Shown: positions 1-8,304 of the stretch, piece after piece
Position numbering within the stretch: position 1 is the first letter of the stretch
How the letters are laid out: each line of letters begins with the position of its first letter
Assembly (NCBI GenBank): GCA_035352955.1
Contig: DAOPYQ010000009.1
Location: 8,088-72,087, forward strand
Source of the DNA: Candidatus Omnitrophota bacterium
Lineage (GTDB): Bacteria; Omnitrophota; Omnitrophia; Omnitrophales; Aquincolibacteriaceae
DNA length: 64,000 nt
Direction of reading: 5' to 3'
The notes under the pieces: generated by a model
Database searches by the model: none
What the model was told of the DNA's origin: nothing
What the model saw: the letters and a program-made list of their open reading frames with translations, nothing else
Made by a program: the position numbers and the translations under genes

Positions 1-568
1 GCCCGAACTGCCCCTGCGACGCAAACCGGTCTGCCTGGTCGCGATATTGCTCCAGGCGATCGGAAATCTCCTCTTCGTACATTTTGGATACAAAAAGCGT
101 TTCGGCCTTTCCTTCCTTAAGCGCCTGGCCCTTAATTTGATCGATGAGTTCGGAGGCGTCATTGTTCCCGGCATCATAAAGAAAGACTTTTTCGGCCGCG
201 AAAAGCGCCAGGTCATATTGCTTCATCGCGAAAAGCGAACGGCTACGTTCAAGCCACGATTTAATCTCATCCCGACGTTCGTCTTTTCCCATCTCTTCAA
301 CGGCCTGCGGCAACAGATGTTCTTTTTGACGTTCGATCTCTTTATCCAGAATGTCGGCCATAAGCTTTGCCGCCTCAGGATTGTTTGGATCTTTTTCGAG
401 GGCTTCTTGCGTGAATCGGCGGGCGTTATAGTACTCGTGGGCTTCGTAATATTTTTGCGCTTGCTGCAAGGGCTTTTCCTTTTTCTTTCCAAAACCGAAA
501 AAGGCTTCTGCGGTTTGAGCGTTCCCGAGAATCATTGTCGTCATTATCATTATTATAATCGCTCTCAT
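1..568 (-). CDS. Secreted TPR-like repeat protein, 5'-partial (N-terminus and signal peptide inside window, rest runs off window start)
   Basis: Manual minus-strand translation from ATG at comp(566-568): MRAIIIMIMTTMILGNAQTAEAFFGFGKKKEKPLQQAQKYYEAHEYYNARRFTQEALEKDPNNPEAAKLMADIL... gives about 189 codons with no stop to position 1. N-terminus looks like a signal peptide. Helix-pair repeats resemble TPR. Missing from the ORF track because there is no in-window stop. The overlapping plus ORF 47..577 has an implausible F/L-rich composition. Confidence 0.55.
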   Translation of the reverse strand, partial: MRAIIIMIMTTMILGNAQTAEAFFGFGKKKEKPLQQAQKYYEAHEYYNARRFTQEALEKDPNNPEAAKLMADILDKEIERQKEHLLPQAVEEMGKDERRDEIKSWLERSRSLFAMKQYDLALFAAEKVFLYDAGNNDASELIDQIKGQALKEGKAETLFVSKMYEEEISDRLEQYRDQADRFASQGQFG

Positions 569-577
569 AGTTTATAA

Positions 578-796
578 AATGTAAACTACATTTTATATAT
601 TACAATCTATACATTTACACTTTATGGTCAACGTGTTTTTAAAATTTTTTTAATGATCCACAACTAATAGTATAGCCATAAAGATCGTAGCGCTATATGT
701 ATGCTATATGGTGCTATATTTTTTTAGGGATTTTAAAGAATGGACGATAATCCAGACACAAGAACCTGAATCCAATCATGATTTTAGGAGGATAAA
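578..796. promoter_or_regulatory. AT-rich divergent intergenic region with three GCTATAT direct repeats; likely promoter region for the flanking divergent genes
   Basis: Very AT-rich 219 bp between the minus-strand gene start (568) and the plus-strand gene start (797). Contains agcGCTATATgtatGCTATATggtGCTATATttttttt. AGGAGG RBS lies 7 nt before the ATG at 797. Confidence 0.3.
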
Positions 797-1015
797 ATGA
801 CGCTTTATGATGAATTGGTTGACCTAAAATACCGGCGAGGTTTTGCAACGCACGAATTGATCAGACGGTTCCCTGGCCAAATCGAGCGTGTTAGTGAAGT
901 TGCTTTGCTGCATATTCCCGATGAAACTTTAAAGGAAGTGATCCCGGAGCAGGACATTCTCCAGCGCTTGCTGGATCTGAAACGACAGTACGTGGGAATG
1001 ATGCATAGCGTCTGA
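797..1015 (+). CDS. Small hypothetical protein, paralog A of a tandem pair (72 aa)
   Basis: ORF with strong AGGAGG RBS. About 45 percent identical to the 1208..1477 product over about 65 aa (M.Y[DE].L[VI][DE]LKY[RK][RK]G..T..LI..FP......EVAL......TLK...........L.LK..Y). Confidence 0.5.
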   Translation: MTLYDELVDLKYRRGFATHELIRRFPGQIERVSEVALLHIPDETLKEVIPEQDILQRLLDLKRQYVGMMHSV

Positions 1016-1207
1016 CTGAACAATCGCTTTGAAATATTGACGCGGCGCCGTAACGAAAACGATTCGATGGAAGGACCCCCTCCCCCACCGTTTCCACAAA
1101 TGCGCTGACCGTTTCTCTTGGGTCCGGGCCTTCGGGGCTGATATGAAACGTGGCCGACATGTCCGGAAAACATAAAGTTAAAAAAACAAACCCGTAGGGG
1201 CAGGCCT

Positions 1208-1477
1208 ATGGACGCTTATGAAAAATTGATCGAGCTGAAATACAAAAAAGGCGTCCCGACGTTTAGGCTGATCAAACAATTTCCACGCTTGAAAAAGAAG
1301 ATCCATGAGGTTGCGCTGATAGGACTGCGGGAAACGACCTTAAAGAAGACCGTTCGCGATCGCGGAGAATTAAAACGTTTTTTGCGATTAAAGAAAAAGT
1401 ACGCGAAGGTTTTATGCCGGCGAAAAGATCCCGGAGGGAATTCCTGGCTGGGGCGACTCTGGAAGAATTTCTTTTAG
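1208..1477 (+). CDS. Small hypothetical protein, paralog B of a tandem pair (89 aa; conserved core is the first ~66 aa, the C-terminal tail may be read-through)
   Basis: MDAYEKLIELKYKKGVPTFRLIKQFPRLKKKIHEVALIGLRETTLKK...LKKKY aligns with the 797..1015 product. Weak RBS. Convergent with accA. Confidence 0.45.
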   Translation: MDAYEKLIELKYKKGVPTFRLIKQFPRLKKKIHEVALIGLRETTLKKTVRDRGELKRFLRLKKKYAKVLCRRKDPGGNSWLGRLWKNFF

Positions 1478-1496
1478 AACAACGCCGCGACAATCG

Positions 1497-2549
1497 CTAC
1501 TTCGGAGAAAAAGCACCCATCTTGCGGAATTTTTGGTACCGCAGCTCGGGAAGATCTTTTCTTGGGATCTCCTTCAGCTCCTTAAGGGCATCGTTCACGG
1601 CCTTGCGTATATTTTCCGCTGCGGCGTTAAAATCCCGGTGCGCGCCGCCCAAAGGTTCGGGAATAACCCCGTCGATCACGCCGAGCTGGAGAAGGTCCTG
1701 CCCGGTAAGTTTTAAAGCCGTTGCGGCATCCGGAGCACGCGTTGGTTCTTTCCAGAGGATGGCCGCACAACCTTCCGGAGAGATCACCGAATAATAAGCG
1801 TTTTCCATCACAAAAATCCTGTCGCCCACACCGATCCCAAGGGCTCCGCCGCTCCCTCCTTCACCGATCACGATGCAAATGATGGGAACTTTCAGATCAC
1901 CCATTTCACGAAGGTTGTAGGCGATCGCTTCCGCTTGTCCGCGTTCTTCCGCGCCGATCCCCGGATATGCTCCCGGCGTATCGATGAAACAAAGGATTGG
2001 AAGATTGTTCTTCTGCGCGAGCCACATAACACGCATCGCTTTTCGATACCCTTCCGGATGCGCGCTTCCGAAGGTGCGCATGAGGTTCTCTTTGGTGTCG
2101 CGCCCCTTTTGATGACCGATGATACAGATCGGTTCCTTCCCCTCCCACTTTGCGATCCCGGCAATGATCGCCCGGTCATCGCTAAAGCGGCGGTCACCGT
2201 GGAATTCGAGAAAGTCGGTCGTAAGATAATTGACGTAATCCAGCGTGTAGGGCCGCAAGGGATGGCGCGCAACTTGGACGCGCTGCCAGGGAGTTAAGCT
2301 GTCAAAAATGTCTTTGATGGCTTTTTCGAGTTTTTTTTCCGCGCTCTGGATCTCGCCCGAAAGATCGATCTCGCCGTGGCTCATCTTGCGGAGTTCGTTG
2401 ATCTTCTTTTCCATGTCGACGACCGGACGCTCAAAGGACAAACAAGCGTCAAAAATATCGCGCGATCCAAGCTTGATCTTTTCTTTCGGATCGGTCGCTT
2501 CAACGCTAACTTGAGCTTCGATTTTCTTTTTCTTAAGCTTTTGGGCCAC
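1497..2549 (-). CDS. accA: Acetyl-CoA carboxylase carboxyltransferase alpha subunit
   Basis: Translation contains the AccA hallmarks ARHPLRPYTLDY, IIGHQKGRDTKE, IDTPGAYPGIGAEERGQAEAIA, VIGEGGSGGALGIGVGD, YSVISPEGCAAILWK and EPLGGAHR. Confidence 0.9.
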   Translation of the reverse strand: MAQKLKKKKIEAQVSVEATDPKEKIKLGSRDIFDACLSFERPVVDMEKKINELRKMSHGEIDLSGEIQSAEKKLEKAIKDIFDSLTPWQRVQVARHPLRPYTLDYVNYLTTDFLEFHGDRRFSDDRAIIAGIAKWEGKEPICIIGHQKGRDTKENLMRTFGSAHPEGYRKAMRVMWLAQKNNLPILCFIDTPGAYPGIGAEERGQAEAIAYNLREMGDLKVPIICIVIGEGGSGGALGIGVGDRIFVMENAYYSVISPEGCAAILWKEPTRAPDAATALKLTGQDLLQLGVIDGVIPEPLGGAHRDFNAAAENIRKAVNDALKELKEIPRKDLPELRYQKFRKMGAFSPK

Positions 2550-2552
2550 GGT

Positions 2553-3461
2553 TTAATCCTTTACGGTAACTTGGGCCCCGGAGGGGACCATGCGGTACAG
2601 TTCTTCGACTTCCTCGTTCAACATACGAATGCAACCCTCCGAAGACTGGGTCCCGATGCTTTTGGGATCGATCGTTCCGTGGATCCCGTAACCGGGCTTG
2701 TCAAATCCCATCCAGCGGGTCCCCAGCGCATTCTTGGGACTTCCCGGAGGCAGGATCGCGCCCGTCTTGAACCAGGTCGGGTTTGCCAGCTTGTTCGTGA
2801 TCTTGAATTCTCCCGCCGGAGTCGAATTCTTTTTTCCGGTCGCAACGATATATTTTTTAATCGGCTTCCCGTCGGAATAAAGCGTCAGCGTATTTTTGGT
2901 TTTATCAATCAGGATCGAGAAAGGCGCGGTTTGGATCTTGAGTTTCATTCCCGGATAAATAACGTCTCGGGTCATACCGTTAAGTTTTTTGATAAAACTT
3001 GCGGTCGTGTGGTTTTTAATCGCGAGCAAATAAAGGCTGTCGCCCGACTTCACCTCATAGGAAATACTGCCCGGCGTAATCTCCTTCGAGAATAGCGCGT
3101 CCCAACGCTGCTTCATTTCCGCATCGGTCGCTTCGGGAAAAGTTCTTGGAGCTGCGGTTTCCGGAACAACCGCCGAAGGAGCCTGGGCCGGCGTGCCCGA
3201 AACCGCTTTTCCATCAGGTTTCACAACCGCGATCGCTGCAGGAGCCGGGATTGGAGAGGGCTCTTTTCCCGCCGCCGGCCGGGGATCCCCCGAAGGGGCG
3301 AACGGGAAAACGTCCCCCGCCATTTTCCCCGCTGATGAAAGGCTTTTTTCTTCTTGTGCGAGAACTCGCGAATTTTCCGACTTGCTATCTTCGGAAAAAC
3401 AAATCCGAGGGGCAATGCTCGCAAGAATCAAAATTGGCAGAAGAAAGAAAACTTTTTTCAT
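2553..3461 (-). CDS. Secreted LysM domain-containing L,D-transpeptidase (YkuD family)
   Basis: N-terminal signal peptide. LysM-like segment YEVKSGDSLYLLAIKNHTTASFIKKLNGMTRDVIYPGMKLKI. L,D-transpeptidase catalytic motif GYGIHGT...SEGCIRM. Directly upstream of accA on the same strand. Confidence 0.85.
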   Translation of the reverse strand: MKKVFFLLPILILASIAPRICFSEDSKSENSRVLAQEEKSLSSAGKMAGDVFPFAPSGDPRPAAGKEPSPIPAPAAIAVVKPDGKAVSGTPAQAPSAVVPETAAPRTFPEATDAEMKQRWDALFSKEITPGSISYEVKSGDSLYLLAIKNHTTASFIKKLNGMTRDVIYPGMKLKIQTAPFSILIDKTKNTLTLYSDGKPIKKYIVATGKKNSTPAGEFKITNKLANPTWFKTGAILPPGSPKNALGTRWMGFDKPGYGIHGTIDPKSIGTQSSEGCIRMLNEEVEELYRMVPSGAQVTVKD

Positions 3462-3464
3462 TTT

Positions 3465-3917
3465 TTACCCGCAAAGAAGGATTGCGATAATAATGCCCAA
3501 AAAAGCACCGGCAATAACCTCAAAAGGAGTATGCCCGAGAAGTTCTTTGAGACGTTTCTCCGGAACGGCGCCCTTTGCATAAAACTCGTCCAGGACCTCG
3601 TTCAAAATTTTCCCCTGACGCCCTAAATGGCGCCGGACCCCCGCCGCATCGAACATCGTGATCAAACAGATAATCAGCGCCATGAGAAACGGGATTGTGT
3701 TGAACCCGTAATACAACCCGACAGAAGCTGCCAGGCTGGCAACCGTCGCTGAGTGCGCGCTCGGCATTCCACCGGTATCAAAAAGCCATCGGACATCAAA
3801 CTTCTTCTTCGCGGCTCCGCCCAGAAGCACTTTGAGGAATTGAGCCACGAACCAGCTTAAAAAAACGGCGAAAAAGGCTCTTTCTGGACTAAACGGGGGA
3901 TTCTCGATCAGGATCAT
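3465..3917 (-). CDS. Divergent PAP2 family membrane protein (YuiD/DUF212-like)
   Basis: 150 aa. Motifs GGMPSAHSATVASLA and FDAAGVRRHLGRQ are typical of the acid phosphatase/vanadium-haloperoxidase-related DUF212 family. Confidence 0.7.
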   Translation of the reverse strand: MILIENPPFSPERAFFAVFLSWFVAQFLKVLLGGAAKKKFDVRWLFDTGGMPSAHSATVASLAASVGLYYGFNTIPFLMALIICLITMFDAAGVRRHLGRQGKILNEVLDEFYAKGAVPEKRLKELLGHTPFEVIAGAFLGIIIAILLCG

Positions 3918-4095
3918 GCTTTGGCTCAGAGAGACCTAAAAAGGGTTGACACCCTGCTGTTGATGATTTAACATCATAAAAATATTGATTTTTAAATATA
4001 TTAAATTAGCCGTCCAGTCTTCGAGGGAATTATTATAGGTTTCACATACTGAAAAAGCAAGCTTGTTTGTTCCGTCGGAAAGAGAGGAATCGTCC

Positions 4096-5613
4096 ATGAT
4101 AAGGATCAAAAGCGCCTTTGCCCTAGGAATCCACGCTTTTCCGGTCGATATTGAGGTTGATATCGGCGGAGGCCTGCCCCAACTCATCGTCGTAGGTCTT
4201 CCCGATACTAGCATCAAAGAAGCCCGCGAAAGGGTCCGGACCGCCATCAAAAATAGCGGCTACCCTATCCAACCCGATAAGATCACCATCAGCCTCGCAC
4301 CTGCCGACATCAAAAAGGAGGGAGCGATCTTTGATTTCCCGATCGCATTGGGGATCTTGGCCTGTCATGGCATCATCCCCCAGGAAAAATTGACGGGTTA
4401 TACGTTCCTCGGCGAGCTGGCCCTGGACGGCGGGCTTCGCCCCCTAAAGGGTATGATCGCCATTACGGCAGGGGTAAAAAATCACGCCTTTGTCCTTCCC
4501 GCCGAGAACGCGGAAGAGGCCGCCCTTGCCAAAGACGCGACGATCTATCCTGTCAGAAACCTGAAGGAAACGGTCGAATTCCTTCTCGGCGAAAAACCGT
4601 TGGAGCCTCTCCGAGGCCGCTGCTATAAAGACCCCGGACCGGCTCAAAATTCTGTCAATTTCTCGGAAGTCCGAGGCCAGCAGGCCGCCAAACGCGCCCT
4701 TGAGATCGCTGTCGCTGGTTCGCATAAACTCCTTTTGATAGGCCCTCCCGGCAGCGGGAAAACAATGTTGGCGCGCCGAATCCCAACGATCCTCCCTTCC
4801 ATGGAATTCGAAGAGGCTTTGGAGATCACCAAGCTGCACAGCGTAGCGGGATTGCTCCGCGAAGGATACGGTCTCGTCAAAGAAAGACCTTTTCGCTCTC
4901 CGCACCACACTTCTTCCGCGATCGCTCTCGCCGGAGGCGGAACTTGCCCAAGACCCGGTGAAATGTCGTTGGCGCACGGGGGCGTTCTTTTCCTAGATGA
5001 GTTCCCTGAATTCCGGCGGGATGCCCTGGAAACTCTTCGCGGCCCGCTGGAAGACGCCTGCATCACCGTTTCGAGGGCTAAGAGCCAGATCACGTACCCC
5101 GCGAATTTTCTCCTGGTCGCAGCAATGAATCCGTGTCCGTGCGGTCATTTGGGCGACAACCACCGGACATGTCGATGCTCGCTCGGCCAGATCCACAAAT
5201 ACCAGTCCAAGATCTCAGGCCCGATCCTCGACCGGATCGATATCCACGTTGAGGTACCTGCGCTTTCCTTCCAGGCCTTGATAGGACCGGAGCTAACGGA
5301 AAATTCTGAAACAATCCGTAAAAGAGTCTGCGAATGCCGCGCCATCCAGAAAGCGCGTTATCGCGCAAAACCCTACCAGACGAATTCCCAGATGTCCCCG
5401 CGCGACATCAAGAATTTTGCAACGCCAGACGCCCCGGGCCGTAAATTAATTGAAATGGCCATGAAGGAGCTCCGCCTCTCCGCCCGCGCCTATTATAAGA
5501 TCCTTAAAATCAGTCGCACTATTGCCGACTTGGCTGGGTCTGAACAAATTCAAGGTGAACACATCGCTGAGGCGATCCAGTACCGCAGTCTTGATCGCCA
5601 ATGGTGGTCATAA
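4096..5613 (+). CDS. comM: Mg-chelatase-like AAA+ ATPase ComM/YifB
   Basis: Start chosen at MIRIKSAF (GAGAGG RBS upstream) rather than the ORF-track start 4063. N-terminal Lon-protease-like S5 domain, Walker A GPPGSGKT, zinc-finger region CPCGHLGDNHRTCRC, and the characteristic C-terminal helix AYYKILKISRTIADLAG...HIAEAIQYRSLDR. Confidence 0.9.
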   Translation: MIRIKSAFALGIHAFPVDIEVDIGGGLPQLIVVGLPDTSIKEARERVRTAIKNSGYPIQPDKITISLAPADIKKEGAIFDFPIALGILACHGIIPQEKLTGYTFLGELALDGGLRPLKGMIAITAGVKNHAFVLPAENAEEAALAKDATIYPVRNLKETVEFLLGEKPLEPLRGRCYKDPGPAQNSVNFSEVRGQQAAKRALEIAVAGSHKLLLIGPPGSGKTMLARRIPTILPSMEFEEALEITKLHSVAGLLREGYGLVKERPFRSPHHTSSAIALAGGGTCPRPGEMSLAHGGVLFLDEFPEFRRDALETLRGPLEDACITVSRAKSQITYPANFLLVAAMNPCPCGHLGDNHRTCRCSLGQIHKYQSKISGPILDRIDIHVEVPALSFQALIGPELTENSETIRKRVCECRAIQKARYRAKPYQTNSQMSPRDIKNFATPDAPGRKLIEMAMKELRLSARAYYKILKISRTIADLAGSEQIQGEHIAEAIQYRSLDRQWWS

Positions 5614-5630
5614 AAAAGGGGATGATAGAG

Positions 5631-6140
5631 ATGACGATTAAATTCGTTCCGCATGGAATTATCGAAAATAAAATTTTTCTTCTTCGTGGGAAGAAGGTCA
5701 TGTTCGACAAGGACTTAGCGGCGCTCTACGGAGTTACAACGGGAGCCCTCATCCAGGCCGTAAAAAGAAATATCCAACGTTTTCCGGATGACTTTATGTA
5801 TCAGCTTACCAAGCAAGAGTTTACGGCTTTGATATCACATTTTGTGATATCAAAAGGACGTGGCGGAACCCGTCAGCCGCCCTACGCTTTCACAGAACAC
5901 GGCATCTTGATGTTATCAAGTGTGCTAAATAGTGAACGCGCTGTTCAGGTTAATATCCAGATCATGCGGACATTCACGAAACTGCGGGAGATGCTGGCGA
6001 GTCACAAGGAATTGAGGGAAAAGATCGAAGCGATGGAGAAAAAATACGACCATCAATTTAAAATCGTTTTCCAGGCAATCAAAGAATTATTGGAACCACC
6101 GCCCGTCAAACCAAAGCCGACGATCGGGTTTCACGCTTAA
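5631..6140 (+). CDS. ORF6N domain protein (phage/mobile-element-associated, antirepressor-like N-terminal domain)
   Basis: KIFLLRGKKVMFDKDLAALYGVTTGALIQAVKRNIQRFPDDFMYQLT...RGGTRQPPYAFTEHGILMLSSVLNSERAVQVNIQIMRTF is the ORF6N pattern. Start set at ATGACG 5631 (spacing to the AAGGGGA RBS). Gene sits 18 bp after the comM stop. Visibly AT-rich relative to comM. Confidence 0.7.
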   Translation: MTIKFVPHGIIENKIFLLRGKKVMFDKDLAALYGVTTGALIQAVKRNIQRFPDDFMYQLTKQEFTALISHFVISKGRGGTRQPPYAFTEHGILMLSSVLNSERAVQVNIQIMRTFTKLREMLASHKELREKIEAMEKKYDHQFKIVFQAIKELLEPPPVKPKPTIGFHA

Positions 6141-6162
6141 GCTATCCCGCAAATGGTAGAAA

Positions 6163-6474
6163 TCATTGTCCCATTGCCAATTTCTTTTCCCCTGTTTTTT
6201 CATCAATCCAAACCAAGAAATGGACACCTGGGGGCGTGGGCATATTGCCTTGAAAAAAGATCGCCCATTCTTCTTTTGAGGCGTCGTAATCAACTCGATC
6301 AATAAAATATTCTTTTAAGCTTCGCCCCCTCTGGACGGCGTATTCCTTTGAATCAGCGATAACCTGTTCTATGGAATATTTCGGAGCGACCTTACCGTTA
6401 TTCACTGCAGCTCGTGCTTGAGTCAAAAAAATAAAACAGCTCACCGCTGATAGAAAAATTATCCGCTTTTTCAT
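6163..6474 (-). CDS. Small secreted hypothetical protein (103 aa)
   Basis: Start set at MKKRIIFLSAVSCFIFLTQARA (signal peptide) with AAGGAG RBS 7 nt upstream. No recognisable family. AT-rich like the adjacent ORF6N gene. Confidence 0.5.
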   Translation of the reverse strand: MKKRIIFLSAVSCFIFLTQARAAVNNGKVAPKYSIEQVIADSKEYAVQRGRSLKEYFIDRVDYDASKEEWAIFFQGNMPTPPGVHFLVWIDEKTGEKKLAMGQ

Positions 6475-6689
6475 TTTATTCTCCTTTTGATAGAAACGCA
6501 TATGATTCCACATTGAATAAAGCCTCTCAAATCACAACCCATTTATCGGCTTACCTGAACTGGCCTAAAGGACCGCCCGTTGCTCCCAGCGGATAGGAAT
6601 CAGCGGAACAAACTCAGGATACGCGTAGGTTGTATAGAGCCCCGTTTTTGTTGATTAATTTAAGGAATACGGGACTACTCCGCTCTTCA

Positions 6690-6831
6690 AGGAGCTGTCG
6701 CGAATCGCGGATAGCAAATCCTTGTTCCGATACTTGAAATCGCGCAGACGATCAGTGCCTCGGCGGGCTCACAGCAAATTCAGAGCGAGGAGATCGCGGA
6801 GGCGATTCAATCCAGGGACCTGGACAGATAG
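6690..6831 (+). pseudogene. Degenerate, frameshifted duplicate of the comM 3' end (displaced C-terminal fragment)
   Basis: In-frame translation 6715..6831: QILVPILEIAQTISASAGSQQIQSEEIAEAIQSRDLDR*. The comM C-terminus reads YKILKISRTIADLAGSEQIQGEHIAEAIQYRSLDRQWWS*, 17/26 identical over the core. About 65 percent nucleotide identity with 5521-5610. Upstream KELSRIADSKSLFRYLKS (6690-6743, other frame) still resembles comM MKELRLSARAYYKILKIS, which shows a frameshift. No start codon. Confidence 0.6.
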
Positions 6832-6872
6832 GGTTGGAGTTAGTCACATCCTGGATTGGATAACACGAGGAA

Positions 6873-7964
6873 TTACTTTAACTTCCCCCGCCGGTGGGGT
6901 GGCCACCAAATAAAAAAAGCTTTCGCCTTAATCACCTTCCGAGGAACAAATCCGAACTGCCGGCTATCCGCGCTCTTTGCCGAATTATCTCCTAGAACAA
7001 AATAAGAATTTTGAGGGATCTGGATCACCAGTCCACCCTTTCCGTACTGCCACTCCTCGATATTAAAATACTGCCGCTCTCTTGGAAATTCGGGCGTTTC
7101 CAAAAGTTTGTCATTAATGTAAATATGACCGTCTTGGATTTTGAGCTTCTCGCCGGGCAATCCTGCTACCCGCTTCAAAAGATCTTTTTTCGGGGCTGCC
7201 GGAGACTGAAACACGACCAAATCACCGCGCTTGGGGTTCTCATGCCTGTAAATCCACTTATTTACAAAAATCTTATCGCCTGGCTGAAGGGCAGGAGACA
7301 TCGATTGCGTGGGATATTTATAGGGAGAAATAAAAAAAGTTCGCAAGGTAACGGTTGAAACGGCGCTGAAAATAAGCGGGAACAACCAAAGAAGAATAAC
7401 GCCGTTTATAATGTTTTTGTGGAATCGGGAAAATACATTTCCATTCCCGCCGTTTATTTTGTCCGCACTGCTGTAGGCATCGTTAAGAACGAACAGTTTG
7501 ATCACGGGATCAATGATGTGCGCAATGACAACGCCCAAAGGTTTGAGCAAGGCGCCGAGAAATGAGGGGGCTAAAAAACAGAGGACCATACAGCCTATCG
7601 CTTTCCCAATCTGGGAATTATAAATTTGCCCAAGTCCAGGAAGCCACAACGATAAAAAAACTGCGAGAAAGGGCTGCTTTTTTACAACGGGGACTGTGGC
7701 GTTGTTTTCCTGATTAAATTTCTTAGCGGTTTTGTAAGAATCAAACAGAATAGAGAGCCCCAATACGGTCCCCAAAAGACCTAAAAAAATGGAAATGACC
7801 GGGCTTGCTCCAAACAATACTGCGATGATCGAGAAAATTAAACCTACGCCAAAACCGACGGCGAGCAGAATAAAAACACAACCTTTGGTCTTCTGCTCCG
7901 CATAGATTTGCCCGACACCGGGGAAAACAGAGGACAAGACAACTGCCAACCAAGGATCTTTCAT
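6873..7964 (-). CDS. lepB: Signal peptidase I (LepB) catalytic domain fused to an N-terminal polytopic membrane module with duplicated PG[VL]GQIY motifs
   Basis: C-terminal half has SPase I boxes YPTQSMSPALQPGDKIFVNKW, GDLVVFQSP, LLKRVAGLPGE and VLGDNSAKSADSRQFGFV. N-terminal ~200 aa is hydrophobic with two copies of LSSVFPGVGQIYAEQKTKG / LSLWLPGLGQIYNSQIGKA. Confidence 0.8.
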   Translation of the reverse strand: MKDPWLAVVLSSVFPGVGQIYAEQKTKGCVFILLAVGFGVGLIFSIIAVLFGASPVISIFLGLLGTVLGLSILFDSYKTAKKFNQENNATVPVVKKQPFLAVFLSLWLPGLGQIYNSQIGKAIGCMVLCFLAPSFLGALLKPLGVVIAHIIDPVIKLFVLNDAYSSADKINGGNGNVFSRFHKNIINGVILLWLFPLIFSAVSTVTLRTFFISPYKYPTQSMSPALQPGDKIFVNKWIYRHENPKRGDLVVFQSPAAPKKDLLKRVAGLPGEKLKIQDGHIYINDKLLETPEFPRERQYFNIEEWQYGKGGLVIQIPQNSYFVLGDNSAKSADSRQFGFVPRKVIKAKAFFIWWPPHRRGKLK

Positions 7965-8304
7965 AGATTAGTTAATCGACCCCCGTGCGATTTCCTTGAT
8001 TTTAAAAGCCGATCTCGACCAATGCCTCCCGCTTCATGATAACCGCCTAAAAAAACTCGGACCGGGCCCATGCTCTGGTTGTTGGTTTTGTTTCTTCGAA
8101 ATATCTAGATTTAAAAAATAGCAAGAAATAACTTTTGTTATCAATGAAAGCCAATGCCATCTTAATAATAAATACGGCATTTGCCTTTTTTCTATTCGAC
8201 AAGTATACTTTTTTTAGAAGTGAAGGAAGTATATCCGCAAGGCTGTTGCGTTCCAAAGAAACCGAAAGGGGTTTTACCGCCCACTTAACCAAAGGAAATT
8301 TCGG

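Noticed and set aside
47-577. Plus-strand 176-aa ORF at the window start (MLQAIGNLLFVHFGYKKRFGLSF...)
   Set aside because: It is entirely antisense to a longer, stop-free minus-strand frame that has a credible signal peptide and TPR-like repeats. Its own F/L/R-rich composition looks like antisense-frame noise.
4063-4095. Upstream in-frame start for comM adding MFVPSEREESS
   Set aside because: A GAGAGG RBS sits immediately before the internal ATG at 4096, and ComM/YifB homologues begin at the MxxIxS motif. The extension is unsupported.
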